A DNA stretch of 64,000 nucleotides from Octopus bimaculoides (GCF_001194135.2 NC_068989.1:62308364-62372363); one strand, 5' to 3'. Shown: positions 50,488 to 63,960, counted from the first letter of the stretch. The notes: generated by a model not told the origin, from the sequence alone. Program-made: numbers and translations.

Positions 50488-51924
50488 GTAAGGAAACGAA
50501 ACCGGTTGATCTCAACTGGAACGTCTCTGACCGTATGTCTGCTTAATCAGCGTTGCTTCGGGGCACACAGTTGCGACATCATGCACATACATCGGCTATA
50601 AACAGTTACGCATGCATAGTTTCAGTTGCGACACGTTAATCGGTAGAATTCACTCACAATATAACAGCTCATTAGAACAACAAATATATTCGCACGCTTA
50701 GTTGTATATAGACTGGTACGCAAACATCAGCGAGCGTTTAAATCAGCAAACGCAAAGAGCAGTTGCATACTGCTTAACTATCTATCTATCTATCTATCTG
50801 TGTGTGTTTGCGTGTGTGTGTTTGCGTGTGTGTGCGTGTGTGTGTGTGTGTGCGTGTGTGTGTACANNNNNNNNNNNNNNNNNNNNNNNNNNNNNNNNNN
50901 NNNNNNNNNNNNNNNNNNNNNNNNNNNNNNNNNNNNNNNNNNNNNNNNNNNNNNNNNNNNNNNNNNNNNNNNNNNNNNNNNNNNNNNNNNNNNNNNNNNN
51001 NNNNNNNNNNNNNNNNNNNNNNNNNNNNNNNNNNNNNNNNNNNNNNNNNNNNNNNNNNNNNNNNNNNNNNNNNNNNNNNNNNNNNNNNNNNNNNNNNNNN
51101 NNNNNNNNNNNNNNNNNNNNNNNNNNNNNNNNNNNNNNNNNNNNNNNNNNNNNNNNNNNNNNNNNNNNNNNNNNNNNNNNNNNNNNNNNNNNNNNNNNNN
51201 NNNNNNNNNNNNNNNNNNNNNNNNNNNNNNNNNNNNNNNNNNNNNNNNNNNNNNNNNNNNNNNNNNNNNNNNNNNNNNNNNNNNNNNNNNNNNNNNNNNN
51301 NNNNNNNNNNNNNNNNNNNNNNNNNNNNNNNNNNNNNNNNNNNNNNNNNNNNNNNNNNNNNNNNNNNNNNNNNNNNNNNNNNNNNNNNNNNNNNNNNNNN
51401 NNNNNNNNNNNNNNNNNNNNNNNNNNNNNNNNNNNNNNNNNNNNNNNNNNNNNNNNNNNNNNNNNNNNNNNNNNNNNNNNNNNNNNNNNNNNNNNNNNNN
51501 NNNNNNNNNNNNNNNNNNNNNNNNNNNNNNNNNNNNNNNNNNNNNNNNNNNNNNNNNNNNNNNNNNNNNNNNNNNNNNNNNNNNNNNNNNNNNNNNNNNN
51601 NNNNNNNNNNNNNNNNNNNNNNNNNNNNNNNNNNNNNNNNNNNNNNNNNNNNNNNNNNNNNNNNNNNNNNNNNNNNNNNNNNNNNNNNNNNTATACATAT
51701 ATACATACATACATATATATATACATATAAATAAATATGTATATATATTTATATATATATATCACACACATATACATTTATATTCATAAACAAACACACA
51801 CACACGTAGACATATATAAATTCATGCATGTAAACATATTCACACATATATATATATATAGATATAATCGACAAATTTTAGTAGTTTATTGTAACTATCA
51901 AATTATATTCAGAAATTATCGGTA

Positions 51925-52025
51925 ACCTCGAAGCTATGCTTGAGGGCACTTGCCCAAGGTAACAAACATTGCCGCGAACCTGGAACAACATGATGGAAGC
52001 AAACTTCATAATTGCACAGCCAAGA
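51925..52025 (-). mobile_element. SINE family A head fragment, diverged
   Basis: CACTTGCCCAAGGT...GAACCTGGAAC.ACATG.TGGAAGCAAACTTC..A..GCACAGCCA. Confidence 0.65.
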
Positions 52026-52660
52026 CTGTTCTTGCCGTATGTGTCCGTACATGTTTGTGTGCATGAATATATGAAACACGCACATTTATGAATGAATGAG
52101 TGACTAGATGGATGGATGGATAGATGGATGGATGGATGAATGGATGGATGGATGAATGGATGGATGGATGGACGTACGCGCATGACTATGGATATCTGTG
52201 TTTATGTTGTGTTTCTGTTTATCGTCCTAAAAACGAAAAAAAAACGATGTCCGTCAAGCTTGTTGAATGTGTCACTTCATTGTGCCCCTGTGTCTGTGCG
52301 TTCGAAATATAATCCCTGAACAGGGTGCTTCAGCATGACCGCACTCGTATGCCTCAAACTAGAAACAAAAGTATTGTATAAGCATCCACATACACGCCAC
52401 GCACGCGTGGATATATGTGTGTATGTATACGTGTATATGTGTGTGTGCGTTGTGTGTGCTGTGTGAATATATGTGCATATGAATGTGTATGTTTGTTGAT
52501 ACAAGTAGTAGAAGTACAACTATATTTGTCAAAGATTTTCTGTGTCTGTGTGTGCGGGTCTGTGTGTGTGTGGATGTGTGCTCCTACAATATGCACGGAT
52601 ACAAGAAAACAGGCAGTCAAAGACAGACATGCTACCAGACTTGTAAATATATAGATTGAC

Positions 52661-52713
<53 letters not shown>

Positions 52714-54684
52714 TGGTTCGTTGTTTGCGAGCTCTCGTTTGCTTGTGACATGCATGCATGCATGCATGAGAGCGGTGCGCGCGAAGGTGTACTTCTGTGT
52801 CTGGTTTTAGTTCGAGGGTTGTCCGTTTATGTTGCTGTAGGTATTGGTAAGTGTTCATTTGTATGATCACTCTTAACCGCTGTTTAGGAAATGAAATTCA
52901 TGTACTTTTGTTGTGAGTGTGTGTCTTTTGTCTCCAAATGTATATGTTGCTACGTACAAGTGCTTCTACCTGTACGTATGTAAACATGAGATTTTTGTGA
53001 TTGCAATAATGTGCGCGCTGATGTTTTTATTAGGTGTAATGAATACGTTAGACTAAGTGTGTGTATCTGTCTGTGCGTGTGTGCGTGTATGTCACTGTAT
53101 GGGTGTGTGTCTGTCTGAGGGCTAGTGTGTGCACGTGTGTGCACGCATGTATTTTTCTTAACTGTACCATTAAACACACATGTCTACTGAAAAACTCGAA
53201 CACACACATACACACAGGTACACACTCACACACACGTACATTCACGCAAACACACAGAAGCACACACGTATACACTCTAATTGACATCAGCTTGTATATA
53301 CGCAATTATATTATTGCTTATTGGTGATAGAAAGAAAAACAAATGCGTCAGATTTTGTTATGAATGGAAGAAATAGTTTCTATGCATGATGGTATGTATG
53401 TATTTGAATATACGTGGAGAATGTGAGTGCTTGTATATGAGTATGTATAAGTGTGTGTGTGTGTGTTTGTGTGTATGACTGTATGTGTGTGTGCGCCAGC
53501 GCGCGCGCGTGACAAAATACATTTACAACGTCTTGTCGAACATAGGAACTACAAAAGAAAAATAAAAGCAAAACATTATGAAGAAAAGAAAAAAAAGAAA
53601 CAAATGATAAGAGAAATAAAGGTTAGAATATGTATGATTGCGTGAGTGGACGCAAGAGGCTTCGGACATCTAAAAGTCAAAAGAGCGTCAGTGAAGAGTA
53701 GAGATGTTCTGTAGACAGAACCATAATGCATATGTGTATGTGTAAGTGTGTGTTGTACGTGTATGCTTGCATGTTTGTGAGTGTGTTTATAGTCGTGTTC
53801 TATAAGGACGCTTGCATACGGAGAAAACAAAACTTATTCCTGTTTCAATAGATGCTTGTGTGTGTGCGTTTGACAATATATTTACTTTAATACTTGCCTT
53901 ATAGAAGTGGTGACTAGTAAGAATAACTGAAGAGGTGCAAGACAAATGCCGAATAAGTAAAAAGGAGAAAGAGATAGTAAGAGAGACAAAGTTGAAAGCT
54001 CTTATATTGCGCTGACTTATACAAGAGGTTTTGGACTTCTAAAAGTTAAAACAGAGTCAACGTGGATGTGAGAGGCCATAGAGAAGGTTTGATACGTGTG
54101 TGCCTGAATGTGTGTGTGTGCGTGTGTGCGTAACAGTATTTGAGTATGATAGACTAAATGATCTTCGTTGTATGTGTTGTAGAGTGTAAGTTAGACTTGT
54201 GTGGTTATGAAGAGATAGTTCAGAGATCGTGCATGTTTATTTGCGGCTTAGGTGGAAGGTCAGTGCTGATGACCCTCTGTGGACTTCTCTGATTTGTAAG
54301 GCTACCTAAGTTCTTGGTGAGTTTAAACTGAGTGACGGCAAGCTCTTATCTACTTAATTACAATTATAAAGCAATTATTGATTATGTGACTCTAAGGGAA
54401 TCTTGCATGCGTATATGTGTTTATACGTGTCAATGTCTGTGGGTATTTGAGTGTTACTTAATAAATAGTTCGAATAATTTTTTGGCTTTTAAGCATATGG
54501 TACCCTTGCGTGTATGTATGTGTGTATGCATATTTGAAATGGTTTATATTTTCTGTGTTATAAATATATTATACGTTGCTTGTACTTGTGAGAGTGTGTG
54601 CGTGTCTGTGTGCTTGTACGGTCGATAATTATTTGTCTATTGGAATTCCATTCATAGGTATGTTTTAATATTGGTTTTATATTT

Positions 54685-54885
54685 TTACACAATGCCAGCA
54701 ATTTCGGGGGAGGAGTAAGTTGATTACGTCGCCCCAATGCTTAACTGGTAATTATTGTATCCACCCCCAAAAGATGAAAGACAAATTCAACCTAAACGAC
54801 ATTTGAACTCAGATCATAAAGACAGACGAAATGCCGCTAGACATTTTTGCCCGGCGTGCTAACGATTCAGCTAGCTCCCAGCCCT
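54685..54885 (-). mobile_element. SINE family B, full length
   Basis: GCCAGCAATTTCGGGGGAGG...ATTTGAACTCAGA.CATAAAGACAGACGAAATGCCGCTA...CCCGGCGTGCTAACGATTC. Confidence 0.9.
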
Positions 54886-55322
54886 GTTTTACAGAAATAT
54901 GAAACGGAATTCAGTACTTCGCGGGAACTTTATTTTATAGATAAACGAGGAACGAGGCAAATTTGACCTCGGTGTGTTCAATCTAAGGATTTAAGTGCAC
55001 CAGGTCTAAATGCCATGCACAATCGTTTTACGGCGAATTTATCCGATCCACCAATTAAGGAAATAAACTACTGGGCTTACTGAATATTATAAAACATGCG
55101 TCATGAGTGTTTAGTTTTTTTCTTCCTATTTTGCATGTTTTCTGATTCAAAAGCGGCACGTGTGTCTTAATGATATGATTAGTTAGTGTGAGAATATTTT
55201 ATTGATAACCTGGTGCGCTTTATAGTTCTAGAAGTTGATAAGGACCGGATTTTAATTGCATACATTCATGTATAAATATATACATATGTATGCATGTGCG
55301 TCTGAGGGTATTTAGGCTAGTC

Positions 55323-55366
<44 letters not shown>

Positions 55367-57749
55367 NNNNNNNNNNNNNNNNNNNNNNNNNNNNNNNNNN
55401 NNNNNNNNNNNNNNNNNNNNNNNNNNNNNNNNNNNNNNNNNNNNNNNNNNNNNNNNNNNNNNNNNNNNNNNNNNNNNNNNNNNNNNNNNNNNNNNNNNNN
55501 NNNNNNNNNNNNNNNNNNNNNNNNNNNNNNNNNNNNNNNNNNNNNNNNNNNNNNNNNNNNNNNNNNNNNNNNNNNNNNNNNNNNNNNNNNNNNNNNNNNN
55601 NNNNNNNNNNNNNNNNNNNNNNNNNNNNNNNNNNNNNNNNNNNNNNNNNNNNNNNNNNNNNNNNNNNNNNNNNNNNNNNNNNNNNNNNNNNNNNNNNNNN
55701 NNNNNNNNNNNNNNNNNNNNNNNNNNNNNNNNNNNNNNNNNNNNNNNNNNNNNNNNNNNNNNNNNNNNNNNNNNNNNNNNNNNNNNNNNNNNNNNNNNNN
55801 NNNNNNNNNNNNNNNNNNNNNNNNNNNNNNNNNNNNNNNNNNNNNNNNNNNNNNNNNNNNNNNNNNNNNNNNNNNNNNNNNNNNNNNNNNNNNNNNNNNN
55901 NNNNNNNNNNNNNNNNNNNNNNNNNNNNNNNNNNNNNNNNNNNNNNNNNNNNNNNNNNNNNNNNNNNNNNNNNNNNNNNNNNNNNNNNNNNNNNNNNNNN
56001 NNNNNNNNNNNNNNNNNNNNNNNNNNNNNNNNNNNNNNNNNNNNNNNNNNNNNNNNNNNNNNNNNNNNNNNNNNNNNNNNNNNNNNNNNNNNNNNNNNNN
56101 NNNNNNNNNNNNNNNNNNNNNNNNNNNNNNNNNNNNNNNNNNNNNNNNNNNNNNNNNNNNNNNNNNNNNNNNNNNNNNNNNNNNNNNNNNNNNNNNNNNN
56201 NNNNNNNNNNNNNNNNNNNNNNNNNNNNNNNNNNNNNNNNNNNNNNNNNNNNNNNNNNNNNNNNNNNNNNNNNNNNNNNNNNNNNNNNNNNNNNNNNNNN
56301 NNNNATATATATATATATATACATATGTATATATATATATATATATCCGTAAACACTTACAAACATCTGAATATCATAAAAAAATGTATCTGTCATACAA
56401 TTTGTGCTCAAGTGTCAGCAGTTTATATAAATATTTGTGGTTGTACATATGTGTGACAGCATGTTCTTTTATATGTGTGACTGTGCGTATGTATTTCAAT
56501 CTTTGTGTGGCTGAGTATTTATATGTCAATCACTGTGTCATCTCCTTGGATGAGGTTGCATTGGTATTCTTTAAGCAAATTTTTATTCCTCTAAATTAAT
56601 TTAAACAGTATCAGACACGTTCATCATGTTATTATCATATGCTGTTTATAATTAGTTATCATGAATAAGTTTCTACTGAGAGAGTAGTTAAACGAAGCAA
56701 CTTAGGTGGCATTCAGTTCCCTAAGCTGTCCAATCCTGTTCTGTTCAGTTACGGAACTTATAAACTTTCATTTCTAAATACGCTAATCTCCCGTACATAT
56801 CTCCTCATATTTTTCTTTTATTTCTATATGGAGATGGCGAAGCGGTCTAAATAATTGCTGGAATCCTTTCAATTTTCAACGAATAATGGCATAGTTTCGG
56901 AATATTGTTTTGCAATCAGTGTAACAGAGTTCGTTTCCACTGCGTAATACTTCAGGAATATGCATTTACTGTAACGTTTAAGAGATTTGCTTCTTAATTA
57001 TGAGGTTCACGTTCGATCCACTTCGGAGTATTTTAGGCAATATTGTATAAAACTGCGCCGGGTGCATATTGCTCCTCTCATTGATTTTCCATCAGACTGA
57101 CATCAAGTGTAATACTTATCTTTGTATACTCTACATACTCACATGCCAACCTATACTCAAAAACTTACAAATTAATTCAAAAGCAGATTTTCAGTTAATC
57201 GAACAGCTGAAACCTGGTCGTCGAAAGACGGAGAACCATCACCACCAAAACAACCAGCACAGAGGAAAACTTCGCGAAAGACATAGCTTAGGACTGTAGG
57301 ATAGGTCGTCGGATTGATCTAAGCTGTTCTTGTGTGGTAGACATACTTTTCCCCAAGGTTAAATGATCTTAATTTTGCCACGTTAATCCCCACAGTAGAC
57401 CCAAATACAAAGCAATATTTTTTAAGAATCTCAGAGTGAAGTCAAGGTAGGTTCGAGCTAAAAAGTACCCCAAACCATACTGAGTCATCAACACTTGCCT
57501 CGGGTGACGGAGCATATTAAATGCAGCGAAGGAACATGTTAAACGCAGCGGAGGCGTCCGGAGAACGTTTAGTAAGAACAATAAATGGAGAACTATTCCT
57601 GATACCGGCCATTCTTGGATGGAGAATGTTGAGAATAAAGTATTTCACCTGCCACCTGTAATACTTATTCTCCGGATGGTGGAGGCTACCATTTTAGATA
57701 TAGAAACGAAGACGAAACGTTATTTTTATCATCCCGCTGTTTCACGTGG

Positions 57750-57870
57750 TTCTATATGGTTCCAGATTTAGTCCTCTTGAAGTAAATGTCTTCCACTATA
57801 GCCTCGGTCCGACCAGAGCGTTGTGAGTAGTTTCAGTTGACAGAAACAGAAAGGAGTCCGTCGTAAATAT
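57750..57870 (+). mobile_element. SINE family A 5'-body fragment
   Basis: ATGGTTCCAGATTTAGTCC...GTCTTCCACTATAGCCTCGG.CCGACCA.AGC.TTGTGAGT...GTCCGTCGTA. Confidence 0.75.
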
Positions 57871-58059
57871 GTATATATATATATATATATATATTTTCAG
57901 TGATCCCTCGATCCATATGTAGCGACCAAGATGCTGGAAACTGAACACGTCGATGCCGGCGTGATAAGCTTACAGAATCCGGATTTCTGAATGAGTGCAG
58001 CGGGCATTCACGCATCAATTTGTCTGTAATAAATGGTGGTTTGCGCTGAAAATACCAAT

Positions 58060-58240
58060 TGAAGTAGAGATTATTACGTTTTATAAGACATAACAACAGG
58101 AAGAATCAGATGAGACAGAAGTTACAAACTTAGACGAGGCGTTTAGGAAAGAGATCACAACCGACGTGTTAAAGGGGACATTGCACTTGGACCAATTCCT
58201 TTCACATATACGCGCCACAATACCTATGAGTCTTTAACTA
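58060..58240 (+). mobile_element. possible pogo/Tigger-like transposase C-terminal remnant
   Basis: EVEIITFYKT*QQEESDETEVTNLDEAFRKEITTDVLKGTLHLDQFL: an acidic patch followed by an amphipathic helix. Resemblance is compositional only. Confidence 0.2.
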
Positions 58241-59473
58241 GTTTTTGATGCTTCTCAAATTTTTCAGTTTCTTAATACTCAGTTTATCATACAGCTTTGC
58301 AAAATCTATGACCTTACGCTATATTTCTGTTCTCCAGAACCATATCTAATCTCCTTGCTCTTGCAAAATGATGAGTTTCCTTGGAAAATGTAATTCTATT
58401 TCATCATCAAAGCCTCTATCTCATATTTATAACGGTTTTATATCACTTCAAATATCTAAACTTGACAAACCTTGCAATACTGGCTTTTATCGATACAAAC
58501 ATGCCTGTGTTTATACAATTCATTTCTTCTATGCTGTATGCTTCATTTATTTAAAGATGTTTAATATTTCCCTCCCACTTCCCATACAGTCTTCATTTGT
58601 TCTGTTTTATCAACGTTCTTTCGTATGAAATTCCTTCTAAAGGTTTCTTCCTGTGTGACTTTAATCAGCGATTTGGTTTCACCTTTCAAATTACCATCTG
58701 TCAGCTACAACCAGCGTTCTTCACTTCCAGAATCCTAAGTGATTGAAGGAATTGACCAAATAATTGAATCGAGCTTCATTCGTTTATCACGTTTGTCTTT
58801 ATCTGTTCTTACAGTCTCTTTCAGTTTCAGTAACTTTTTGTCCATATTTCTGACCGCTAAAAATATTATATCTATACAATGCCTAAGATTGGGATTATTA
58901 AAAGTTGTATATATATATATATATATATATATACACAAGGACACAGAACCATATGCACACACCTCACACACATGCATACACGCACACACAAGGAGACTAG
59001 TACACCACACATATACATACATACATACATATGTGCATACACCAGCACAAATGCGCACAAACAGTCAAAAAGGAACGCAGCTCTAATAATCGACAGTCAA
59101 CATCAATTGACAAAGTTGCAAAAGCCAACGACAATTTTGGAAGAAAAATAGAAACATGAGTGAAAATCGAACCGGGGAGTGTGTTAGATAGTAAGGCATT
59201 ACGAAAATATGACTCTCCGCAGACACAACATAATTTGCTTAAACACACGTAATCACGCAAGGAATCGGGCAAACCAGATACAAAAATGATGTATATATAC
59301 ATCACTTTTCTAAAAATGACTTTTGATATTTTCATTGACCCTCATTATACTCAGACTCTCTAAAAGCCTACAGTTTTATATTTTATCCTAGGCTTCCTTG
59401 GAGTGTATCCAACGAACAGTTATGTTGTTGTTGTTGTTTTTTTTTTTTTTTTTCATGTATTCGAACTTTACTT

Positions 59474-59680
59474 GGGGCGGCGTACTGGCATATACGTTAT
59501 CACGCCGGGCGAAATGCTTAGCGCTCTTTCGTCTGTCTTTATGTTCTGAGTTCAAATTCCGCCGAGGTCGACTTTACACTTCATTCGGGGTCGATAAATT
59601 AAGTACCAGTTGTGTACTGGGTAGATCTAATCGACTGGCTCCTTCCCCAAAATTGCGGGCATTGTGCCTAGACTAGAAAC
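59474..59680 (+). mobile_element. SINE family B, full length, with target-site duplication
   Basis: GGCGG..CTGGCA...CTGAGTTCAAATTCCGCCGAGGTCGACTTT...TTGTGCCTAGA; flanked by GTATTCGAACTT at 59457-59468 and 59681-59692. Confidence 0.95.
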
Positions 59681-61308
59681 GTATTCGAACTTCTTTTAGG
59701 ATTATGCTATCGATATATAACAGCTTAGATGTGCATTTCGGCTTTTGTGATCCACTGTTCCCCTCGTGGTTATAGATCCTCCTTCTCCAGATAGGTACAC
59801 TATTGTCAGCTATAAGACTAGTAAGCAATTTCCAGAGCAATAGTAACTATGTAATATACATTTAGTTACTGATTAACTGTAGGGAATAATGTTTGTGCTA
59901 TTTGGCTGCTATTTCTACCAGCTCATGGAATTAAACTAGAAGTTATTTCGTTTGCTCCATTGTTCAAGATTAAGAGATATTGTATGAGAATTCCTTAGCA
60001 ATATTCATAGAATATTTTATTGCTATTTTCTGAAATGTTCCTATCTCAATCCGAAGAGATAATCAGTCAATATTTAGATATAAATGGTCGTGTAACATTC
60101 CGGTTTTACCAATTACAAATGAGATGATGGACATGTTCTTCAACTGCCAGTCCGTTTTAAATTCAATAGTTAAGCCGCTGTAGTTCCCTCGCTTTTCAGC
60201 TAGCTTCTACACAGTATTTAGTCATTTGTTATTGCAATATCGATTATTAGTACACTATTGTCGTTTTTGTCATGGAAAATGATATCAACCATTCTGTGTG
60301 CTATCTGCTGCCTGTCTGTATGCTAAAGTTGCATAGTATTTTCACATTTTTACTTTTATTGACAGGTGGGAGTTTATATAGCTATCACAAGACTTCTTTA
60401 TCAAGAAGTCTGAAATTAGCGATCTAGGCGTATACAGAACAGCTTCTGAATGTTATTCTGTCTTCAAATGTATTTTGAGGTGGGGTGGGGGTGGAGACTT
60501 GTGTAGATCGTTAAAATTGTGTGTGGTCATGTACTAACTGCCTCATAGGCCACCTATTGTCTTCAATATTAAAGGAAAAGAAATAATCCCTTTCAGTACA
60601 CAAGAATATGATTTCCTGTTATAGAAAGTCAAATGTCTATTCCGTTGCCCATTGAGGCTAGCTATGTTGATCCAGGTCTGATATTGTTTTTTTCTTTCCT
60701 TTATTTATGGTAGTTATTTACATATTGGTCATATAAAGATAAGTATTTAAGGCTACTGTTGCTGTTGTTTAGCTGTAATCAATACAGATGTATTCACATT
60801 ATCAAACGACTTATGTATCTATCCCGTCAATACTTCAGGTTCTCTTGGAGTACAATATCATAGACAGCATTCTGTAATATAAGAGAGATTTTTCTGATAT
60901 TTCTTGCAATTTAATTTACCGTCTACAGGATATCTCTGTAGTAATTTGCCATGATTGTAAAATGTTCCACTTCACATCAGATTTTTATGTTCTTTTAGTT
61001 TAATATTTTATTACTTCTGAATCTTTATTACTTTTGAATTTGTTAACTAGATAAATGATACGTTGCTAATAAATGGCCATTTTGGACAATGGTTATTAGA
61101 AAGCTTTCTGATGAGGTGAGCAAATTGGAGGGCGCGGCAGGGGAGCCACGATATGGTGATTACTTTACTGTGATTGTGCTTGCTTTCCTTCCAAAATATA
61201 TTTGCTTGCTATTTGTTACATTTATGTCGTCAATTATATTCTCTCTATTACACATCTAGTTTTACAGTTTTCAAAAAAAAAAAAAGAATTGTGAATACAT
61301 TCCAGTCT

Positions 61309-61519
61309 AAAATTCTTTCCTAAACTAGGTACAAGGCCCGAATTTTTTACGGAGAGAGCCAGTCGATTAGATCGACCCCAGAACGCAGCTGGTACTCAAT
61401 TTATCGACCCCGAAAGGAAAAGTCAAACTCGGCGAAATTTGAACTCATAACGTAAAGAGAGACGAAATACCACTAAGCATTCCGCATGGTGTGCTAACGA
61501 TTTTGTCAGCTCGCGCCTC
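61309..61519 (-). mobile_element. SINE family B, full length, with 12-bp TSD
   Basis: Full family B sequence flanked by ACATTCCAGTCT at 61297-61308 and 61520-61531. Confidence 0.95.
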
Positions 61520-62940
61520 ACATTCCAGTCTGATATTACTGCAGAAATAGTTATGACTGAGATTTTAAACATGTTAATTATTGGTAATCATGAAGACATT
61601 ACACTGCAGATAGAATATTTCGTTTTACCAGCCTGAGCTGCACTAATGTGAGAGACATTTTCACCTGCAGAACATAGAAAGATAGTACAAAGATACCTTA
61701 TAAGCTGTACCTCATCGTACAGCTTTTATGAATAAAGGTACCTATTATTGATTTTTTTAGAAATATATCTTTTGTATCATAGGAGCTGAGTAAAAGTGAT
61801 ATAGAGTTACACTGAACAGAAAGTAACCTATTGGAATTAGAAAGCATTAACAACTCGACAAACGAATCGACTCCAAAATATAGACAAAGGTTTCACAAAA
61901 CAGTATTTGTAATAAAAACAATTGTTGCTTATAGATAAAAGAGAAGCATAAAAAAAAAACTTATATGAATCTGGTTTGACACAGTGAACACCAGTCAGTA
62001 GAGAAATAATTCGGTTTATGTAGAGTATACCACCAAATATGATTTATATGTGTGTGTGAACACGCGTGTGTGTATGCGCGCGGGCATGAAGGTATATGAG
62101 CATATGTTTTATGTCTGAATGTATGTATATATGAATGATTGTATTATGTATGTATTCATTTATGTATGACATGGAACAAAACTACTGAGAGGTAAATTAT
62201 AGCAACAGAGTGATATATATATATATACATGTATGTATGCAGAATATAGTTTTTTTGCTTGTACGGCAGTAAATAATAAACAACAAGGGACTCAGCAAAC
62301 AAGAAAACACACTGTGTTGATCCATCAATTTCAATTATTCGTTGAAGCTATTTTAGGTTATAGTAGTCAAAAGTTTGGTTGAGAGAGACGCGACTTTACT
62401 TAGATGCCGATACAAAGTTGGGCGTGCGTCTTAATTATTTCTCACATTACTGTAAAATAAAAATACCGATTCTGTAGTTAACCCGAACGTAGCTCCTAAG
62501 AGAGACAAAATGATCGAGTAGTTTGATTTGAATATAATTGATCGTCAAAAGTAGCCTACTGACCCTTATTTGATGTATATTTTACGCTAGCAAATCTAAT
62601 TTAGTAAAATCTGTTCGATTCTGTAGCTAATGTAAGAACCCAATTTAAATAAACATCGGCCTTCTTCCTATTATGTGTATATTAAGACTATAAAAGAAGG
62701 GAGAGGCCTGTAGAATAAAATGCATTTCTAGACGAAATTTGATTTGATCGGCGCCGTCATTTAGAAAAGAAAGTAAGTACAGAGTCTATTTACTAAACAT
62801 TTTGTATTTATTTATTTTTATAAATATGCAACGTCACATCAATGTACAGGTTTTCCGAGTATCTCTTTTACAAAAGCCTTGTTTTATTTCGTTGGACAAG
62901 ATTCCTAAATGAAAATATTACATTTCATGCATTAACTATA

Positions 62941-63140
62941 TTCTTTTCTACTCTAGGTACAAGGCCCAAAATTTTGGTGGAAGGGGCCAATCGATTACAT
63001 CAACACCAGTACGCAACTGGTACTTAATTCATAGTATCCGAAACGATGAAAGGCAAAGGGGAAACCCGCAGAATTTGAACTTAGAGCATAAAGACAGACG
63101 AAATGCTGGTAAGCATTTCGCCCGACGTGCTAACGTTTCT
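62941..63140 (-). mobile_element. SINE family B, head slightly clipped
   Basis: TTTTCTACTCTAGGTACAAGGCCC...GAATTTGAAC...GCATTTCGCCCGACGTGCTAACG. Confidence 0.9.
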
Positions 63141-63320
63141 TATTTCTTTATTGCCCACAAGGGGTTAAACATAGAGGGCACAAACAAAGGGATTAAGTCG
63201 ATTAAATCGACCCCATTGCGCAACTGGTACTTTATTTATCGACCCCGTAGGGATGAAAGGCAAAGTCAACCTCGGTGGAATTTGAATTCAGAACATAACG
63301 GCACAGGAAATACCGCTACA
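63141..63320 (-). mobile_element. SINE family B variant with an alternative 3' tail
   Basis: Same core (ATCGACCCC...GATGAAAGGCAAAGTC.ACCTCGG.GGAATTTGAA) but tail TTTCTTTATTGCCCACAAGGGG.TAAACATAGAGGG.ACAAACAAAGGGATTAAG instead of the usual one. Confidence 0.85.
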
Positions 63321-63639
63321 ATTAAAAAATAAAACAACAAAAATATTCTAACGGACGATACAATCACGTAAGTGCAATCCACAATCATCGAATTCACTTC
63401 ATTATATCTCAAACACACACCAATTGAAACCATTTCATGTCCAAGATACTCATTTGTCATCACAACATACAATAATAAAAATATGTGTGGATATATATAT
63501 ATATAAATATTTAAGTCTTCTCCTAAGTATAACTACAACAAAAAATATATAAACAATTACATCTTCAATGCAACACATCTTTTATCTATTTAAATTAGAT
63601 GGTATTAAAAAATCAATTGCTTAAATTATCTAATAATAA

Positions 63640-63960
63640 TCTATATATATAAAAATGAGAATGTGTGTGTGTCTGTCTGTCTGTCTGTCTATCTGTCTGT
63701 CTGTATGTATGTCTGTCTGTCTGTCTGTGTGAATCCCTAAAACTCGAGAACTACGCAACCAATTTCATTCAAATTTTACAGATGCCTTCCAGTTGTTTTT
63801 TAGTCAAGAAAAAAAATTTAACTTGTTGCAGAGTTCGAGACCACAGCAACATAATATCTCCTCCACTATTTAAGTATTACGTGTCAAAAGTGAAACAAAA
63901 ACACTCATGTCAAATACTTTCACTTTAAAAATGAAACTATTCTACTAACTGAAACAATCA
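63640..63960 (+). mobile_element. non-autonomous Helitron-like element, 5' portion
   Basis: A|TC start (TCTATATATATAAAAATG), (GTCT)n tract, then CAACCAATTTCATTCAAATTTT, the usual layout of short Helitron-derived repeats. The 3' hairpin and CTAG are not seen in the window. Confidence 0.7.

Noticed and set aside
54266-54285. GCTGATGACC-CTCTGTG, similar to the motif at 25949-25985
   Set aside because: No hairpin or GAAA; the match is too short.
56830-57030. tRNA-like A box (GGAGATGGCGAAGCGGTCTAA) and a downstream B-box-like motif
   Set aside because: About 150 bp apart and no cloverleaf; probably SINE debris. No true tRNA or rRNA gene was found in the window.
58695-58734. Possible 40-nt minus-strand 5' UTR exon (cacttag|...ATG|gtaatt)
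   Set aside because: Splice-like pairs of this strength occur by chance; needs transcript data.
61105-61150. CTGATGA in a GC-richer patch
   Set aside because: No GAAA or stems.
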